A DNA stretch of 64,000 nucleotides from Obrimoposthia wandeli (lineage: Eukaryota): NCBI GenBank assembly GCA_977020255.1, contig CDROCS010001209.1:62001-126000 (forward strand). The letters are read 5' to 3'. The position numbers and the translations under genes are program-made. Below the pieces are notes generated by a model. That model saw nothing but the letters and a program-made list of their open reading frames with translations, was not told the DNA's origin and did no database searches. Positions 43,081 through 54,622 of the stretch are shown here, piece after piece (position 1 is the first letter of the stretch; each line of letters opens with the position of its first letter).

Positions 43081-44419
43081 TAATGCCGCTCGCTTAACAG
43101 CGAGCGGCTCTTTTTTTATACGGATAACGAGATGGTTTATAAATCACACACAGTGGAGATGTTCTTTTTTCTTTTATAATCGCTTTCCATTTTCTCTTAA
43201 ATTTTGAAGCTTTTCGGTACCGTCCCTGGCGTTCTTCCTGAGCACCATAAAAACTCGTCCTGTATTAACATAACGCATTGATAAAGCTGATTCTTAGTGG
43301 CTCATTTATGATATTGTGCCATACGACTCATCTCAAGGCGGACTAAGTTGTATGAAGTTAGTATGCCCCAGATAGACTCCTTCAACCTTTTGGCTACGTA
43401 ATATTGCTTTGTTATTGAGTTGACCTTGCTTTAATTCACCGTAGCTTTGCTCTCTATTGATCAGTACACATCTTCAATATCTTTTTAGGGGATACTTCTG
43501 AGGATCTTCAAAGGAAGCCCTTCTTCACCTTTTGGATCTGGAATTAAGACCAATCTAGCATTCAGAAATCATCAGATAAGGTGTTTTTCTTGGCCTGTGG
43601 GGATACTGGCATTTTAATTGGTTTGTCATGCGGCGTGTATTCTCAACAACTATACCTGAGTTTGGCTTTTATTGGGATTAACCAATGAGTGTTTTTCCAG
43701 CACCACGCCAAGGCAGTAAATAACTCTGCTGACATAAAACCACAGTCAAATAACGTTAGTGTATTATCTTGGGCTGAGCCAACCAGTTGTTGCGCATAAG
43801 AAATTTCACTATTTGAAATGGGACCAAAAGCGGCATCAGAAATTAAATGTGTTTTTTGTAGACATTAAAGTAACCGCGAGAACGGAAGGGAATGACGCGT
43901 TTTTGTGCATAACCAAGTTGTTGATTACTTGACGTTTCAGGGGGCTTTAAACTGCGTACCATCAACACTCAATAACTTTAAGCCGCATGCTGTATCTGAG
44001 GTATCTTCTTTTTCCCATTCTGCCGCTGTCGTACGGAATAGATGACGTAACGGTTCCACTCCTATACGTTGTCTGGCTTTAACGATGCTACTTGTCGCAA
44101 GCGGTGGGAGTTCGCCTTTAGAGTCAGGAAATGCTAGCTCCAACTTATCACATACGTCACTAATTGAACGATCTCTGCCCAATTCAAGTACAAGCCATAC
44201 TGCTTGCTCTGCAGGAATCGACGTTTTCGAATGGCAGCTCCTGTAAGTCTGTTGTACCCTTCTTCTATCCATTCACTTGGTATATTTTTACAACATCAAT
44301 TGCTTCAGGGTAGTTAAGTTCAGCAGTAACTTGTAGTTCACGAGAAAACTCAGACATAAAAAATCGGCCTCATTGAGACCGATTATGAATCAACTAGGAT
44401 CGTTCATCCACTAATCAGT
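43081..44419 (-). mobile_element. IS4-family insertion sequence, degenerate as assembled
   Basis: End TAATGCCGCTCGCTTAA; 10-bp direct repeat GCTAAGTGCT at 43071-43080 and 44420-44429; transposase remnants across the interval. Confidence 0.88.
43094..44357 (-). pseudogene. IS4-family transposase with multiple frameshifts and stops
   Basis: Fragments MSEFSRELQ..., 'PAEQAVWLV', 'VDGTQF', 'LFDCGF', 'IEQSYGELK', 'YNLVRLEM', '...RYPYKKRAARC*' in shifting frames. Confidence 0.88.
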
Positions 44420-44484
44420 GCTAAGTGCTTCCCTTTTTTAATGCTTATTGTTGTACCTCATCGATAGAAGCTATAACGCTTAGA

Positions 44485-46953
44485 TTATGCTGCATTACCA
44501 ATATTCTCTCGATCATTCTCTCGAGCGAGGAGGTAAGGTTTTGCGGCTAATTCCTCTGATTCAAAATCGTCGACATTAATGGTACGTAAACGCCCTTCCT
44601 CTGCTTTACGTAACATATTCGCTTCATCTTCGTTAATTGCATTTAGCTCTAGACCTGTCATTGCGACTTTATCTAATTGCATAAATGGCAGCTTTTTACC
44701 TGCAGCTTGGCATACTCTGTCATACAGTGGTTCTGCTGCCAGAATATCTTTAAGCGCCAATTCAATCATACCCACTGCATTATTTTCAGTGGCTTCAAGA
44801 AATTGCCCACGACCGATTCGGCTACGTGTTTCACAAGGTGTTTGAATGATACGTGCAACCTTGCTATCCAATTTATCATTAGGCTTTGAACGTCCCATAC
44901 CTGTAGGGAAAAGAACGATACGTAGTGCACCAGCCACAAAGCGATTTGGGAAGTTAACTAAGAATTGATCGAGTGCTTCTTCTGTTCTATACAGCGAATC
45001 TTGCAGCCCCCAATGTACAAGAGGTAAATCTTCTTGTTTACATCCATCATCTGCAAAGCGCTTAAGGGTAGCTGATGATAAGTAAAGTTGGCTTAATACA
45101 TCACCAAGGCGTGCAGATAGGCGCTCTTTACGTTTAAGTGAACCACCAAGAACAGCCATAGAAATGTCAGCCACTAAAGCAAGATTTGAACTATAACGGT
45201 TGAGTTGTTGATAATAGCGTTTAGTCTGGTCTTTACGTGGCGCAGAAGAGCCTCGTCCATCAGTCATACCGAACCAGAATGATCTCACTATATTGCTAAT
45301 GACAAAACCAACATGCCCAAATAACGCTTTATCAAAATCGTTTAGTGCTTGTTCTTTGTTTTCATTATAGGCAGCGTTCATTTCATCTAAGACATAGGGA
45401 TGACAACGAATTGCTCCTTGTCCGAAGATAATCATTGAACGGGTTAGAATATTTGCCCCTTCAACGGTGACTGCAATAGGAGCACCTTGATAGCTACGCG
45501 CCAAGAAGTTGCTTGGTCCCATGCATATCCCTTTACCACCGGCAATATCCATTGCATCGATGATTGAGTATTGGCCTCGATGTGTACAGTGGTATTTAAC
45601 GATGGCAGAGATTACAGATGGCTTCTCACCAAGATCGATACCCGAAACCGTCATGTTACTCGCGGCATCCATGACGTAAGCGTTACCTGCTATACGTGCT
45701 AGTGGCTCTTCAATACCTTCCATTTTACCGATAGGCAGTTTGAATTGACGACGTATACGTGCATAAGCGCCTGTTGCCATTGCAGCAGACTTAAGGCCGC
45801 CTGTTGAGTTTGATGGTAATGTAATACCACGTCCCACGGAAAGACATTCAACCAACATGCGCCAACCTTGCCCAGCCATTTCTTGACCACCAATAATGAA
45901 ATCAATAGGGACAAAGAGTTTTTCTGCCTGTGTTGGTCCATTTTGGAACGGTACATTTAATGGAAAGTGGCGACGGCCAATTTTAATCCCATCAAGATCG
46001 GTTGGGATCAATGCACAAGTAATACCTGGTGCTTCATCATCACTGAGCAGATGGTCTGGATCAAATAGCTTAAATGCTAAACCAAGAACGGTTGCAACAG
46101 GTGCAAGGGTGATATAACGCTTGTTCCAAGTAAGTTCCATACCCAGAACTTCTTCACCTTGCCACATTCCTTTTTTCACTATTCCAAAGTCAGGAATAGA
46201 ACCAGCATCAGAACCTGCTTCTGGACTTGTTAAAGCGAAACATGGAATTTCTTTACCTTCAGCTAGCCTTGGAAGGTAATGGTTTTTTTGTTCTTGTGTA
46301 CCGTAGTGTTGCAGTAACTCACCAGGGCCTAATGAGTTAGGGACGCCAACTGTTGAAGATAATACGCCTGAAACACCGGTTAGCTTTTGTAGCACTAATG
46401 ATTGCGCATAAGCAGAATACTCGAGACCGCCATATTGCTTTTTAATGATCATGGCGAAGAATTTATGATCTTTTAAGTACTGCCAAACTTCAGGTGGCAG
46501 ATCGGCAATTTCATGAGTGACATGATAATCGTTCACCATACGACAAACTTCATTTACAGGCCCTTCTAAAAAAGCTTTTTCTTCAGCACTTAATCGTGGG
46601 GCTGGAATATCATGCATTTTGTTCCAATCAGGATTACCTTTAAACAGGTCGGCTTCCCACCACACTGTACCTGCATCAATGGCTTCTTTTTCAGTACGCG
46701 ACATTTCTGGCATTACACCTTTGAAAGCTTTTAATGCTGTTTTACTAAGAAGGCTTTTTCGTAATGAAAAAATATTGAGGGGGATGGCAACAGCTAAGAA
46801 TATCAACCAACTATATTGACCAACCACATTGATAACTGACCCTATAGCGAGTGCAACCGCTAAGGTGAAGGTAAATGTTTTAAGGCTTGTTCTGTGGTAG
46901 GCAAGTATGCCTGTAATACCAATAAACCCTAGTAGATACACGAGCGTGACCAT
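44485..46953 (-). CDS. fadE: Acyl-CoA dehydrogenase FadE
   Basis: '[13 protein letters not shown]', '[10 protein letters not shown]', '[10 protein letters not shown]'; probable ATG 46953. Confidence 0.96.
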   Translation of the reverse strand: MVTLVYLLGFIGITGILAYHRTSLKTFTFTLAVALAIGSVINVVGQYSWLIFLAVAIPLNIFSLRKSLLSKTALKAFKGVMPEMSRTEKEAIDAGTVWWEADLFKGNPDWNKMHDIPAPRLSAEEKAFLEGPVNEVCRMVNDYHVTHEIADLPPEVWQYLKDHKFFAMIIKKQYGGLEYSAYAQSLVLQKLTGVSGVLSSTVGVPNSLGPGELLQHYGTQEQKNHYLPRLAEGKEIPCFALTSPEAGSDAGSIPDFGIVKKGMWQGEEVLGMELTWNKRYITLAPVATVLGLAFKLFDPDHLLSDDEAPGITCALIPTDLDGIKIGRRHFPLNVPFQNGPTQAEKLFVPIDFIIGGQEMAGQGWRMLVECLSVGRGITLPSNSTGGLKSAAMATGAYARIRRQFKLPIGKMEGIEEPLARIAGNAYVMDAASNMTVSGIDLGEKPSVISAIVKYHCTHRGQYSIIDAMDIAGGKGICMGPSNFLARSYQGAPIAVTVEGANILTRSMIIFGQGAIRCHPYVLDEMNAAYNENKEQALNDFDKALFGHVGFVISNIVRSFWFGMTDGRGSSAPRKDQTKRYYQQLNRYSSNLALVADISMAVLGGSLKRKERLSARLGDVLSQLYLSSATLKRFADDGCKQEDLPLVHWGLQDSLYRTEEALDQFLVNFPNRFVAGALRIVLFPTGMGRSKPNDKLDSKVARIIQTPCETRSRIGRGQFLEATENNAVGMIELALKDILAAEPLYDRVCQAAGKKLPFMQLDKVAMTGLELNAINEDEANMLRKAEEGRLRTINVDDFESEELAAKPYLLARENDRENIGNAA

Positions 46954-47064
46954 ATTGATTCTCCTTATCGGGGGCAACACTTCACTCAGGGCTTAATAAG
47001 CTAGCGGTGAAGCAAAGTGTTACTGCAATATCTTATTTTAATTATGGGTACAGTTGAACAAGGT

Positions 47065-47081
47065 AAGAGGTCTTACCACTT
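47065..47081 (-). promoter_or_regulatory. FadR operator upstream of fadE
   Basis: Minus strand AAGTGGTAAGACCTCTT vs consensus AACTGGTCnGACCAGTT. Confidence 0.85.
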
Positions 47082-47184
47082 GTTAGAAGTGTAACGGGTT
47101 TTTTAATGAAATGTAAAATACTTTTCCGTTCTGAAAGCGAATGGTTACATAACCAGATCGTTTCGGGCGTTGCTATATCTAGGT

Positions 47185-47198
47185 TTGATCAAGATCAG
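47185..47198. promoter_or_regulatory. Putative FNR site
   Basis: TTGAT-CAAG-ATCAG, 9/10 to TTGAT-N4-ATCAA. Confidence 0.6.
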
Positions 47199-47254
47199 TG
47201 AGATGAATTTTTGTGGTTGCGAAATAAACTGATCCGATTAACATATAGGCCTAA

Positions 47255-47270
47255 TGTGATGTCGTTCACG
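47255..47270. promoter_or_regulatory. Putative CRP site
   Basis: TGTGA-TGTCGT-TCACG, 9/10 to TGTGA-N6-TCACA. Confidence 0.65.
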
Positions 47271-47413
47271 TTTATATTCGTTACTATCGACGTAATGAAA
47301 AATACTGAATGACACACTACCTTCTGTTGCCTTTCCTGATCGCCGACTGACAAGTGCCCGCCGGATCCTTCTTTCGGATTGCAGCTATTACTATTTTTTT
47401 CTTGTGTACGTAA

Positions 47414-49156
47414 GTGCAGGGGTTTGTCGTGTTCTTATTTCATGCTTTATCACAAGCGTGGAAGGATGGTTATTCCTTCTCTAAATTTCGTTCTGATGTT
47501 GTGGCGGGCATTACTGTGGGCATTGTTGCTATTCCATTGGGTATGGCATTAGCAATTGCAGTCGGTGTTCCTCCTCAGCATGGTTTATATACGGTTATCG
47601 TTGCTGGCTTATTGGCTGCGTTATTTGGTGGGTCACGTTTTAATATAACTGGGCCGACGGCTGCATTTGTCGTGATATTACTGCCCATTACTCAGCAGTA
47701 TGGGTTAACCGGTTTAATGTTGGCCACTTTTATGTCTGGCATTATTTTAGTCTTGATGGGGCTTTTACGTCTTGGGCAGCTGGTGGCTTATGTACCGTAC
47801 CCAGTTACTACCGGATTTACCGCTGGTATTGGGTTAGTTATCGCATTCTTACAACTTAAAGATTTATTAGGGTTAGAGGTTGTGGGTAACCCCATTCATT
47901 TTCCTGAAAAAGTAATGGCTTACTCGAGTGCTTTACCTAGCATTCATTTCGCTGATGCTTTTATTGGTGTGGTCACCATTATTGTTTTTATTGCTTGGGC
48001 TAAGTTAAAAACACGTATTCCACCGCACGTTGTTGCTTTGGTTATAGGCACCGTATTGGCACTCGTGATGAATCAATCAGGGGGCGTTCACGTAGGATTA
48101 TTGGGTGAAAAATTCCAGTATCAAATTGGTGATCTGATCGGGCAGGGTATTCCTCAGGTTATGCCTCAATTTAATGTTATTTGGCAAAATGACGTGGTGA
48201 CTTGGTCTCTGGTTATTGAACTATTACCTGCGGCATTTACCATTGCAATGTTAGGTTGTATTGAATCGTTATTATGTGCGGTTGTCGCTGATGGTATGAC
48301 GGGAACGAAACACAATTCCAATAGCGAATTAGTTGGGCAAGGTTTAGCTAACATGGTAGTGCCATTTTTTGGCGGTATTCCAGCAACAGCGGCAATTGCT
48401 CGAACGGCAACGAATATTCGTGCAGGTGCATTTTCGCCAGTATCGGCAATTGTTCATGCCGTGTTTGTACTTGCAGCCATGGTTGCTTTAGCCCCTGCGT
48501 TATCCTATGTACCTATGAGTGCATTGGCAGGTTTGTTGATTATGGTTGCATGGAATATGTCTGAAGCGCCGCATTTTGTTCATACATTGAAGGTGGCTCC
48601 ACGACGTGATATTGCTGTTTTGCTCACGTGCTTTTCATTAACCGTTGTCTTTGACATGGTCGTTGCCGTTGCTGTTGGTTTGTTATTAGCTGGCATATTA
48701 TTTATTCAACGCATAGCTACATTAACGACGGTTACTGTGGTTAATAAAGGTCATGAACATCTTGATTTTGGACCTGATGTGTTGGTTTATGATATCAATG
48801 GCCCATTGTTTTTTGCGGCCAGTGAGAAAGCATTTTCAGTTATTGAACGTTCATCTATTGATACCAAGGTCGTGGTATTAGATTTTACCGATGTAACAAC
48901 AATTGATATTACCGCTATTCATGCTTTTGAAAATGCCCTTGAGCGAATCAGCCATTATCCCGTTTACCTATTGGGTGTTGCGCCGCATGTTGCAACTAAA
49001 TTGGTCAATTCTGGTATTTTGAGTGCGGGTAATATTGCACTTTGCCCTGATGCATCGTCGTTACGTGAGCATTTAGCGATAAACAATCACAATCTAGCCT
49101 CTCAGGAGTCGACACCCTCGACTGTTTCTTTGTACACTGCAGATACAGGCGTATAG
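47414..49156 (+). CDS. SulP/SLC26 anion transporter with STAS domain (DauA-like)
   Basis: 'DVVAGITVGIVAIP', 'ITGPTAAF', 'ESLLCA', 'GPLFFAA'; start may be GTG 47432. Confidence 0.9.
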   Translation: MQGFVVFLFHALSQAWKDGYSFSKFRSDVVAGITVGIVAIPLGMALAIAVGVPPQHGLYTVIVAGLLAALFGGSRFNITGPTAAFVVILLPITQQYGLTGLMLATFMSGIILVLMGLLRLGQLVAYVPYPVTTGFTAGIGLVIAFLQLKDLLGLEVVGNPIHFPEKVMAYSSALPSIHFADAFIGVVTIIVFIAWAKLKTRIPPHVVALVIGTVLALVMNQSGGVHVGLLGEKFQYQIGDLIGQGIPQVMPQFNVIWQNDVVTWSLVIELLPAAFTIAMLGCIESLLCAVVADGMTGTKHNSNSELVGQGLANMVVPFFGGIPATAAIARTATNIRAGAFSPVSAIVHAVFVLAAMVALAPALSYVPMSALAGLLIMVAWNMSEAPHFVHTLKVAPRRDIAVLLTCFSLTVVFDMVVAVAVGLLLAGILFIQRIATLTTVTVVNKGHEHLDFGPDVLVYDINGPLFFAASEKAFSVIERSSIDTKVVVLDFTDVTTIDITAIHAFENALERISHYPVYLLGVAPHVATKLVNSGILSAGNIALCPDASSLREHLAINNHNLASQESTPSTVSLYTADTGV

Positions 49157-49220
49157 AAAGTTAGATGGATTGATAAGTTCATCTAGTATTTTCCTACTAA
49201 ACGAATAACAGAGATAGCTT

Positions 49221-49799
49221 ATGTACCAGGATTTGATTCGCGCAGAACTTAATGAAGCGGCTGAAGTATTAACGTGCTTTTTAAGCGATGACAAGAATAT
49301 GGCAGACATTGAAGCGGCGGCTAAATTATTGGCTGAATCTTTTAAACAAGGCGGTAAGGTGCTGTCTTGTGGTAATGGTGGCTCACACTGTGATGCTATG
49401 CATTTTGCCGAAGAGTTAACTGGGCGTTATCGTGAAAATCGCCCAGGTTATCCTGGCATTGCGATTTCTGACCCAAGTCATTTATCGTGTGTAAGTAATG
49501 ACTTTGGCTATGACTATGTATTCTCTCGTTATCTTGAAGCGGTAGGCTCAACCGGTGATGTTTTGTTTGGTTTATCAACATCCGGTAATTCAGGCAATAT
49601 CCTTAAAGCGATAGAAGCAGCACATGCCAAAGGTATGAAAGTGATCGCGTTAACCGGTAAAGATGGCGGTAAAATGGCCGGTCTGGCTGATGTCGAAATA
49701 CGCGTACCACATTTTGGTTACGCTGATCGTATCCAAGAAATACATATTAAAATCATCCATATTTTGATTATGTTAGTTGAAAAAGAAATGGCTGAATAA
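49221..49799 (+). CDS. gmhA: Sedoheptulose-7-phosphate isomerase
   Basis: '[16 protein letters not shown]', 'STSGNS', 'IQEIHI'. Confidence 0.98.
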   Translation: MYQDLIRAELNEAAEVLTCFLSDDKNMADIEAAAKLLAESFKQGGKVLSCGNGGSHCDAMHFAEELTGRYRENRPGYPGIAISDPSHLSCVSNDFGYDYVFSRYLEAVGSTGDVLFGLSTSGNSGNILKAIEAAHAKGMKVIALTGKDGGKMAGLADVEIRVPHFGYADRIQEIHIKIIHILIMLVEKEMAE

Positions 49800-49860
49800 T
49801 CGTCTTTTTTTGAGATATGATTACGGTTCGATTTAGACAATTTATAAGGGCATAGGGAAT

Positions 49861-50640
49861 ATGTGTGAATTGCTTGGCATGAGCGCAAATGTGCCGACAG
49901 ATATCTGTTTTAGCTTTACAGGCTTAATGCAACGAGGTGGTAACACCGGTCCCCATCGTGATGGGTGGGGAATCGTGTTTTATGAAGGGAAAGGATATCG
50001 TACGTTTAAAGATCCGAACCCAAGTTGCCAGTCACGTATTGCAGAGCTTGTTCAAGAATACCCGATTAAAAGTAAAGCGGTAGTAAGCCATATTAGGCAA
50101 GCTAATCGAGGTGGAGTGAGCCTAGAAAATACTCACCCATTTACCCGTGAACTTTGGGGGCAGTATTGGACATTTGCGCATAATGGACAGTTAACGGGAT
50201 ATGAAGCCCTTAATACTGGTCGTTTTAAACCTGTGGGTGATACGGATAGTGAAATTGCATTTTGCTGGCTCTTAAGCCAATTAGATGCCAAATTTTCTGA
50301 ATTGCCTGAGGAATTAGCCCCTGTTTACGACTACATTGCACAATGTTGTGACCGATTACGTCAATTAGGGGTGTATAACATGCTCTTGAGTAACGGCAGT
50401 TGTGTGGTGACGTATTGCACCAATAACCTTCATTGGATTACACGTCGAGCACCGTTTGGACAAGCATCGTTGATTGATGAAGATGTCACGATTGATTTCC
50501 ATAAGGAAACAACACCGAACGATGTAGTAACCGTTGTTGCCACTCAGCCTCTAACCAACGATGAGAGCTGGCATAAAATGCAAGAAGGGGAGTTCTGTGT
50601 GTTCCATTATGGTGAGCTGATCCACAATAGAACCTTGTAA
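49861..50640 (+). CDS. yafJ: Class II glutamine amidotransferase (YafJ-like)
   Basis: N-terminal MC, 'DGWG', 'ENTHPF', 'FAHNG', 'TDSE'. Confidence 0.9.
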   Translation: MCELLGMSANVPTDICFSFTGLMQRGGNTGPHRDGWGIVFYEGKGYRTFKDPNPSCQSRIAELVQEYPIKSKAVVSHIRQANRGGVSLENTHPFTRELWGQYWTFAHNGQLTGYEALNTGRFKPVGDTDSEIAFCWLLSQLDAKFSELPEELAPVYDYIAQCCDRLRQLGVYNMLLSNGSCVVTYCTNNLHWITRRAPFGQASLIDEDVTIDFHKETTPNDVVTVVATQPLTNDESWHKMQEGEFCVFHYGELIHNRTL

Positions 50641-50657
50641 TACTGTCTTTTAAGTAT

Positions 50658-50688
50658 AAAAAACGCGACCAATTGGTCGCGTTTTTTT
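50658..50688. terminator. Bidirectional terminator yafJ/purN
   Basis: AAAAAACGCGACC-AATT-GGTCGCGTTTTTT. Confidence 0.9.
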
Positions 50689-50702
50689 ATTAGAAAGTCA
50701 GA

Positions 50703-51347
50703 TTATTCATCTGCAGCATAACCATGAGAAGATAAAGTATGTCCATCTAAGACGGCTTTATCATTTTCCATGCTTAAGCGCTGTTGTAAGAACCAATTTG
50801 TAACTAATGGATAGATACGATGCTCTTGCAATTGAACGCGTGCTGTAATGTCCTCAATGGTATCTTCATCAAAAATAGGCACTTTTGCTTGTAAGATAAC
50901 CGGACCGCCATCGAGCTCTTCTGTTACAAAGTGCACGCTAGTACCATGTTCTTCATCGCCAGCGTCGAGTGCGCGCTGGTGGGTGTGAAGCCCTGGATAC
51001 TTTGGCAGTAAAGACGGATGAATATTTAACAATTTGCCCTGAAAGTGGCGAACAAATTCACCACTTAGAATACGCATATATCCCGCCAGGATAACCAAAT
51101 CAGGTTTGAAAAGATCAATTTGATCTATCATTGCTTTATCGTAAGCATTGCGATTTTCGTAATCAGCAAGCGTAAGGTTTATAGCTTGAATACCAGCGTT
51201 TTTAGCACGTTCAAGACCATAAGCATCCGCTTTGTTTGAAAGTACCGCGACAACATTTGCGTTTTTGACAGTGTTGTCTTGGCAAGCATCAATGATGGCT
51301 TGTAAGTTTGTACCACTACCTGAAATCAGGACAACAATGTTTTTCAT
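50703..51347 (-). CDS. purN: Phosphoribosylglycinamide formyltransferase
   Basis: 'SGSGTNLQA', 'AGYMRIL', 'NIHPSLLP', 'LDGGP'; probable start 51347. Confidence 0.98.
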   Translation of the reverse strand: MKNIVVLISGSGTNLQAIIDACQDNTVKNANVVAVLSNKADAYGLERAKNAGIQAINLTLADYENRNAYDKAMIDQIDLFKPDLVILAGYMRILSGEFVRHFQGKLLNIHPSLLPKYPGLHTHQRALDAGDEEHGTSVHFVTEELDGGPVILQAKVPIFDEDTIEDITARVQLQEHRIYPLVTNWFLQQRLSMENDKAVLDGHTLSSHGYAADE

Positions 51348-51351
51348 CGAC

Positions 51352-52392
51352 TTACTTGATCTCCACTTGCTCTTCGCCCGCTTCTGCATTGGCGATCGAA
51401 CCTAATAACCAAGCGTTTTCGCCTTCAGTTTTTAGGATTTCAATGGCTTGCTCTGCTTGTGCTTGTGGTAGGGCGATAACTAGACCAACGCCACAGTTGA
51501 ACGTACGATACATTTCGTAAGTTTCAACGTTACCTGCCGTTTGTAGCCAGTTAAAGATTGCCGGCCACTGCCAACTAGTACCATCGACAACAGCTTTAGC
51601 ACCTTCAGGTAGCACACGTGGAATATTTTCCCAGAAACCACCGCCAGTAATATGAGAAATTGCGTGAACGTCGCACGATTCCATCATTTTAAGCGTTGAT
51701 TTTACATATATTTTGGTTGGTGTTAATAGGTGGTCAGCCAGTGACTTACCTTCTAATTCTTCATTAAGATCAGCGTTTGATACTTCAATGATTTTACGTA
51801 CTAACGAGTAACCGTTTGAGTGTGGACCACTCGAGCCAACTGCAATTAATGCATCGCCAGCTTGTACTTTAGAACCATCAATAATGTCAGCTTTTTCTAC
51901 TACGCCAACGCAGAAGCCTGCAACATCGTAATCTTCGCCGTGGTACATGCCTGGCATTTCAGCCGTTTCACCGCCGATCAAAGCACATCCAGCTTGAATA
52001 CAACCTTCACCGATACCCGCAACAACACTTGCTGCCGTATCCACGTCTAGTTTGCCTGTTGCATAATAATCAAGGAAGAATAGAGGCTCTCCACCTTGAA
52101 CTATGAGGTCATTCACACACATTGCCACTAAATCGATACCGATAGTGTCATGCTTGTTTAAGTCCATTGCTAAACGAAGTTTAGTGCCCACGCCGTCGGT
52201 GCCAGATACCAATACCGGCTCTTTATACTTGGTTGGTAACGAGCAAAGTGCTCCGAAACCACCAATTCCGCCCATCACTTCTGGACGGTGGGTGCGTTTT
52301 ACCACCCCTTTAATACGATCAACTAATGCATTACCTGCATCGATATCTACACCAGCATCTTTGTAACTAAGAGAAGAGTTATTGCCGCTCAC
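51352..52392 (-). CDS. purM: AIR synthetase
   Basis: 'YKDAGVDI', 'GTDGVGTK', 'GGETAEMPG', 'HITGGG'. Confidence 0.99.
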   Translation of the reverse strand: MSGNNSSLSYKDAGVDIDAGNALVDRIKGVVKRTHRPEVMGGIGGFGALCSLPTKYKEPVLVSGTDGVGTKLRLAMDLNKHDTIGIDLVAMCVNDLIVQGGEPLFFLDYYATGKLDVDTAASVVAGIGEGCIQAGCALIGGETAEMPGMYHGEDYDVAGFCVGVVEKADIIDGSKVQAGDALIAVGSSGPHSNGYSLVRKIIEVSNADLNEELEGKSLADHLLTPTKIYVKSTLKMMESCDVHAISHITGGGFWENIPRVLPEGAKAVVDGTSWQWPAIFNWLQTAGNVETYEMYRTFNCGVGLVIALPQAQAEQAIEILKTEGENAWLLGSIANAEAGEEQVEIK

Positions 52393-52455
52393 AGGAGTTC
52401 CCTCAACGTATTAAAGTAAAAAAGCATGGGTATGATAACAGCAGTCAGGGCGGAA

Positions 52456-52471
52456 AGGGAAACGTTTGCGT
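52456..52471. promoter_or_regulatory. PurR box upstream of purM
   Basis: AGGGAAACGTTTGCGT vs ACGCAAACGTTTGCGT. Confidence 0.85.
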
Positions 52472-52581
52472 CAATAAATATTACAGTGTAATTCCTAAGC
52501 AAATAGAATCCATTCGCTACCTACATTTGATGGTCTAGTGTATAATAGTGCGATTTTTTTAATTTTGAGTAGGAGTCTGGA

Positions 52582-53208
52582 ATGAAGGTCGTTGAGGTTA
52601 AACACCCATTAGTAAAGCATAAGATCGGCTTGATGCGCGAAGGCGATATCAGCACTAAGCGTTTCCGTGAACTAGCGACGGAAGTAGGCAGCTTGCTAAC
52701 TTATGAAGCGACGGCTGACTTTGAGACTGAAAAAGTGACGATTGAAGGCTGGAATGGCCCAGTTGAAATTGATCAAATCAAAGGTAAGAAAGTAACTGTT
52801 GTTCCAATCCTACGTGCAGGTTTAGGCATGATGGATGGCGTTCTTGAGCATGTACCAAGTGCACGTATCAGTGTTGTTGGTATTTACCGTGATGAAGAGA
52901 CGTTAGAGCCAGTACCATACTTTAATAAGCTAGCATCAAATATTGATGAGCGTATTGCATTGGTTGTTGACCCAATGCTAGCGACTGGCGGTTCTATGAT
53001 CGCAACGCTAGATTTATTAAAAGAAAATGGCTGTAAGCAATTTAAAGTATTAGTACTTGTTGCTGCGCCAGAAGGTATTGCTGCATTAGAAAAAGCCCAC
53101 CCAGATATAGAGCTATATACTGGGGCTATCGATGAAAAGCTAAATGATAAAGGCTACATCGTACCGGGTCTTGGTGATGCTGGTGATAAGATTTTCGGTA
53201 CTAAATAA
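52582..53208 (+). CDS. upp: Uracil phosphoribosyltransferase
   Basis: 'PILRAG', '[10 protein letters not shown]', 'PGLGDAGD'. Confidence 0.99.
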   Translation: MKVVEVKHPLVKHKIGLMREGDISTKRFRELATEVGSLLTYEATADFETEKVTIEGWNGPVEIDQIKGKKVTVVPILRAGLGMMDGVLEHVPSARISVVGIYRDEETLEPVPYFNKLASNIDERIALVVDPMLATGGSMIATLDLLKENGCKQFKVLVLVAAPEGIAALEKAHPDIELYTGAIDEKLNDKGYIVPGLGDAGDKIFGTK

Positions 53209-53248
53209 TAGTTAACTATTACTCATGTTGATGTGAAAAAGTTGATGT

Positions 53249-53277
53249 AAAAAAGCCGAACTTAGGTTCGGCTTTTT
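53249..53277. terminator. Bidirectional terminator upp/uraA
   Basis: AAAAAGCCGAAC-TTAG-GTTCGGCTTTTT. Confidence 0.9.
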
Positions 53278-53303
53278 GTTATCTGTATGTCGGCTATTGT
53301 AAT

Positions 53304-54557
53304 TTATTTATCCTGTGTTTCTTCCATTTGCGCATTATCTACAACGTGCGATTCGCCTAAATCATCTGGTAAGATTAGATTCAGTACAATTGCAACGATA
53401 CCGCATAGGCTGATGCCTTGAAGGCTGAATTCGCCAATGCCAAATGCCATTCCACCGATACCAAAAACCAATGTAACAGCAACAATGACTAAGTTACGGG
53501 CTTTGTGTAAATCAACTTGGTTTTTAATCAATGTATTTAGACCAACCGTTGCGATTGAACCGAATAACAAAATCATGATCCCACCCATTACAGGTACAGG
53601 GATTGTTTGCAGTACAGCACCTAGCTTACCGACAAAAGCTAACACGAGTGCTGTTACAGCTGCCCATGTCATGATGATAGGGTTAAATGATTTTGTGAGC
53701 ATTACAGCACCAGTCACTTCAGAGTAAGTAGTATTCGGTGGTGCGCCAAACATTGATGCTGCAATAGTTGCGATACCATCACCAGCAAGCGTACGGTGAA
53801 GTCCTGGTTTTTTCAGGTAATCTTTTCCTGTGACGTTTGATATTGCTAACATATCACCGACATGTTCGACCGCAGGTGCAATTGCAACAGGGATCATGAA
53901 TAAAACAGCGTTGATATTGAATTCAGGAAAAGTGAAGTTAGGCATAGCTAACCAGCTTGCTTGAATAACAGGTGTGAAATCAACGACTCCAAACCCAAGG
54001 CTTACGCAGTACCCAGCGACAACCCCTGCCATAATCGGCATCAGCTTAAAAAAGCCTTTCGCAAAGACACTAAAAGCAATCGTTGTTATTAATGAAACGG
54101 CTGAAATCCATATTGCGGCATCACCATTGACGAGTTGTATGCCGCCATCGCCACTTTTACCTACCGCCATATTAACGGCAGCTGGTGCCAAACCAAGACC
54201 GATAACCATAATAACGGGACCAACAACAACGGGCGGTAATATTTTATGGATAAATCCGACTCCGCGAACTTTAATCAAAACACCCATCAATACGTAAACG
54301 ACACCAGCAGTCATTAGACCGCCCATGGTGCTAGCGATGCCCCAAGTTTGGACCCCATACATAATCGGAGCGATAAATGCGAAAGAAGACGCGAGAAAGA
54401 TAGGAACAGAACGTTTGGTTACAACTTGAAAAAGGAGTGTTCCTATACCCGCACCAAAGAGGGCAACGTTAGGATCTAAGCCTGTTAGTAATGGAACCAG
54501 AACTAACGCACCAAATGCGACAAAAAGCATTTGGGCACCTTGAAGTACCTGCATCAT
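53304..54557 (-). CDS. uraA: Uracil permease, NCS2 family
   Basis: 'SVPIFLASSFAF', 'EHVGD', 'PNTTYSE' signature. Confidence 0.92.
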   Translation of the reverse strand: MMQVLQGAQMLFVAFGALVLVPLLTGLDPNVALFGAGIGTLLFQVVTKRSVPIFLASSFAFIAPIMYGVQTWGIASTMGGLMTAGVVYVLMGVLIKVRGVGFIHKILPPVVVGPVIMVIGLGLAPAAVNMAVGKSGDGGIQLVNGDAAIWISAVSLITTIAFSVFAKGFFKLMPIMAGVVAGYCVSLGFGVVDFTPVIQASWLAMPNFTFPEFNINAVLFMIPVAIAPAVEHVGDMLAISNVTGKDYLKKPGLHRTLAGDGIATIAASMFGAPPNTTYSEVTGAVMLTKSFNPIIMTWAAVTALVLAFVGKLGAVLQTIPVPVMGGIMILLFGSIATVGLNTLIKNQVDLHKARNLVIVAVTLVFGIGGMAFGIGEFSLQGISLCGIVAIVLNLILPDDLGESHVVDNAQMEETQDK

Positions 54558-54606
54558 TATTGTTTATCACCCTATCTGAAAATAAAATCGCGCAATCCTA
54601 ACATGT

Positions 54607-54622
54607 AAGCAATCGATTACCT
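54607..54622. promoter_or_regulatory. Putative PurR box upstream of uraA
   Basis: AAGCAATCGATTACCT, PurR-like palindrome about 50 bp before the ATG. Confidence 0.6.

Noticed and set aside
43937-44272. 111-aa ORF as an independent gene
   Set aside because: One frame segment of the broken IS4 transposase
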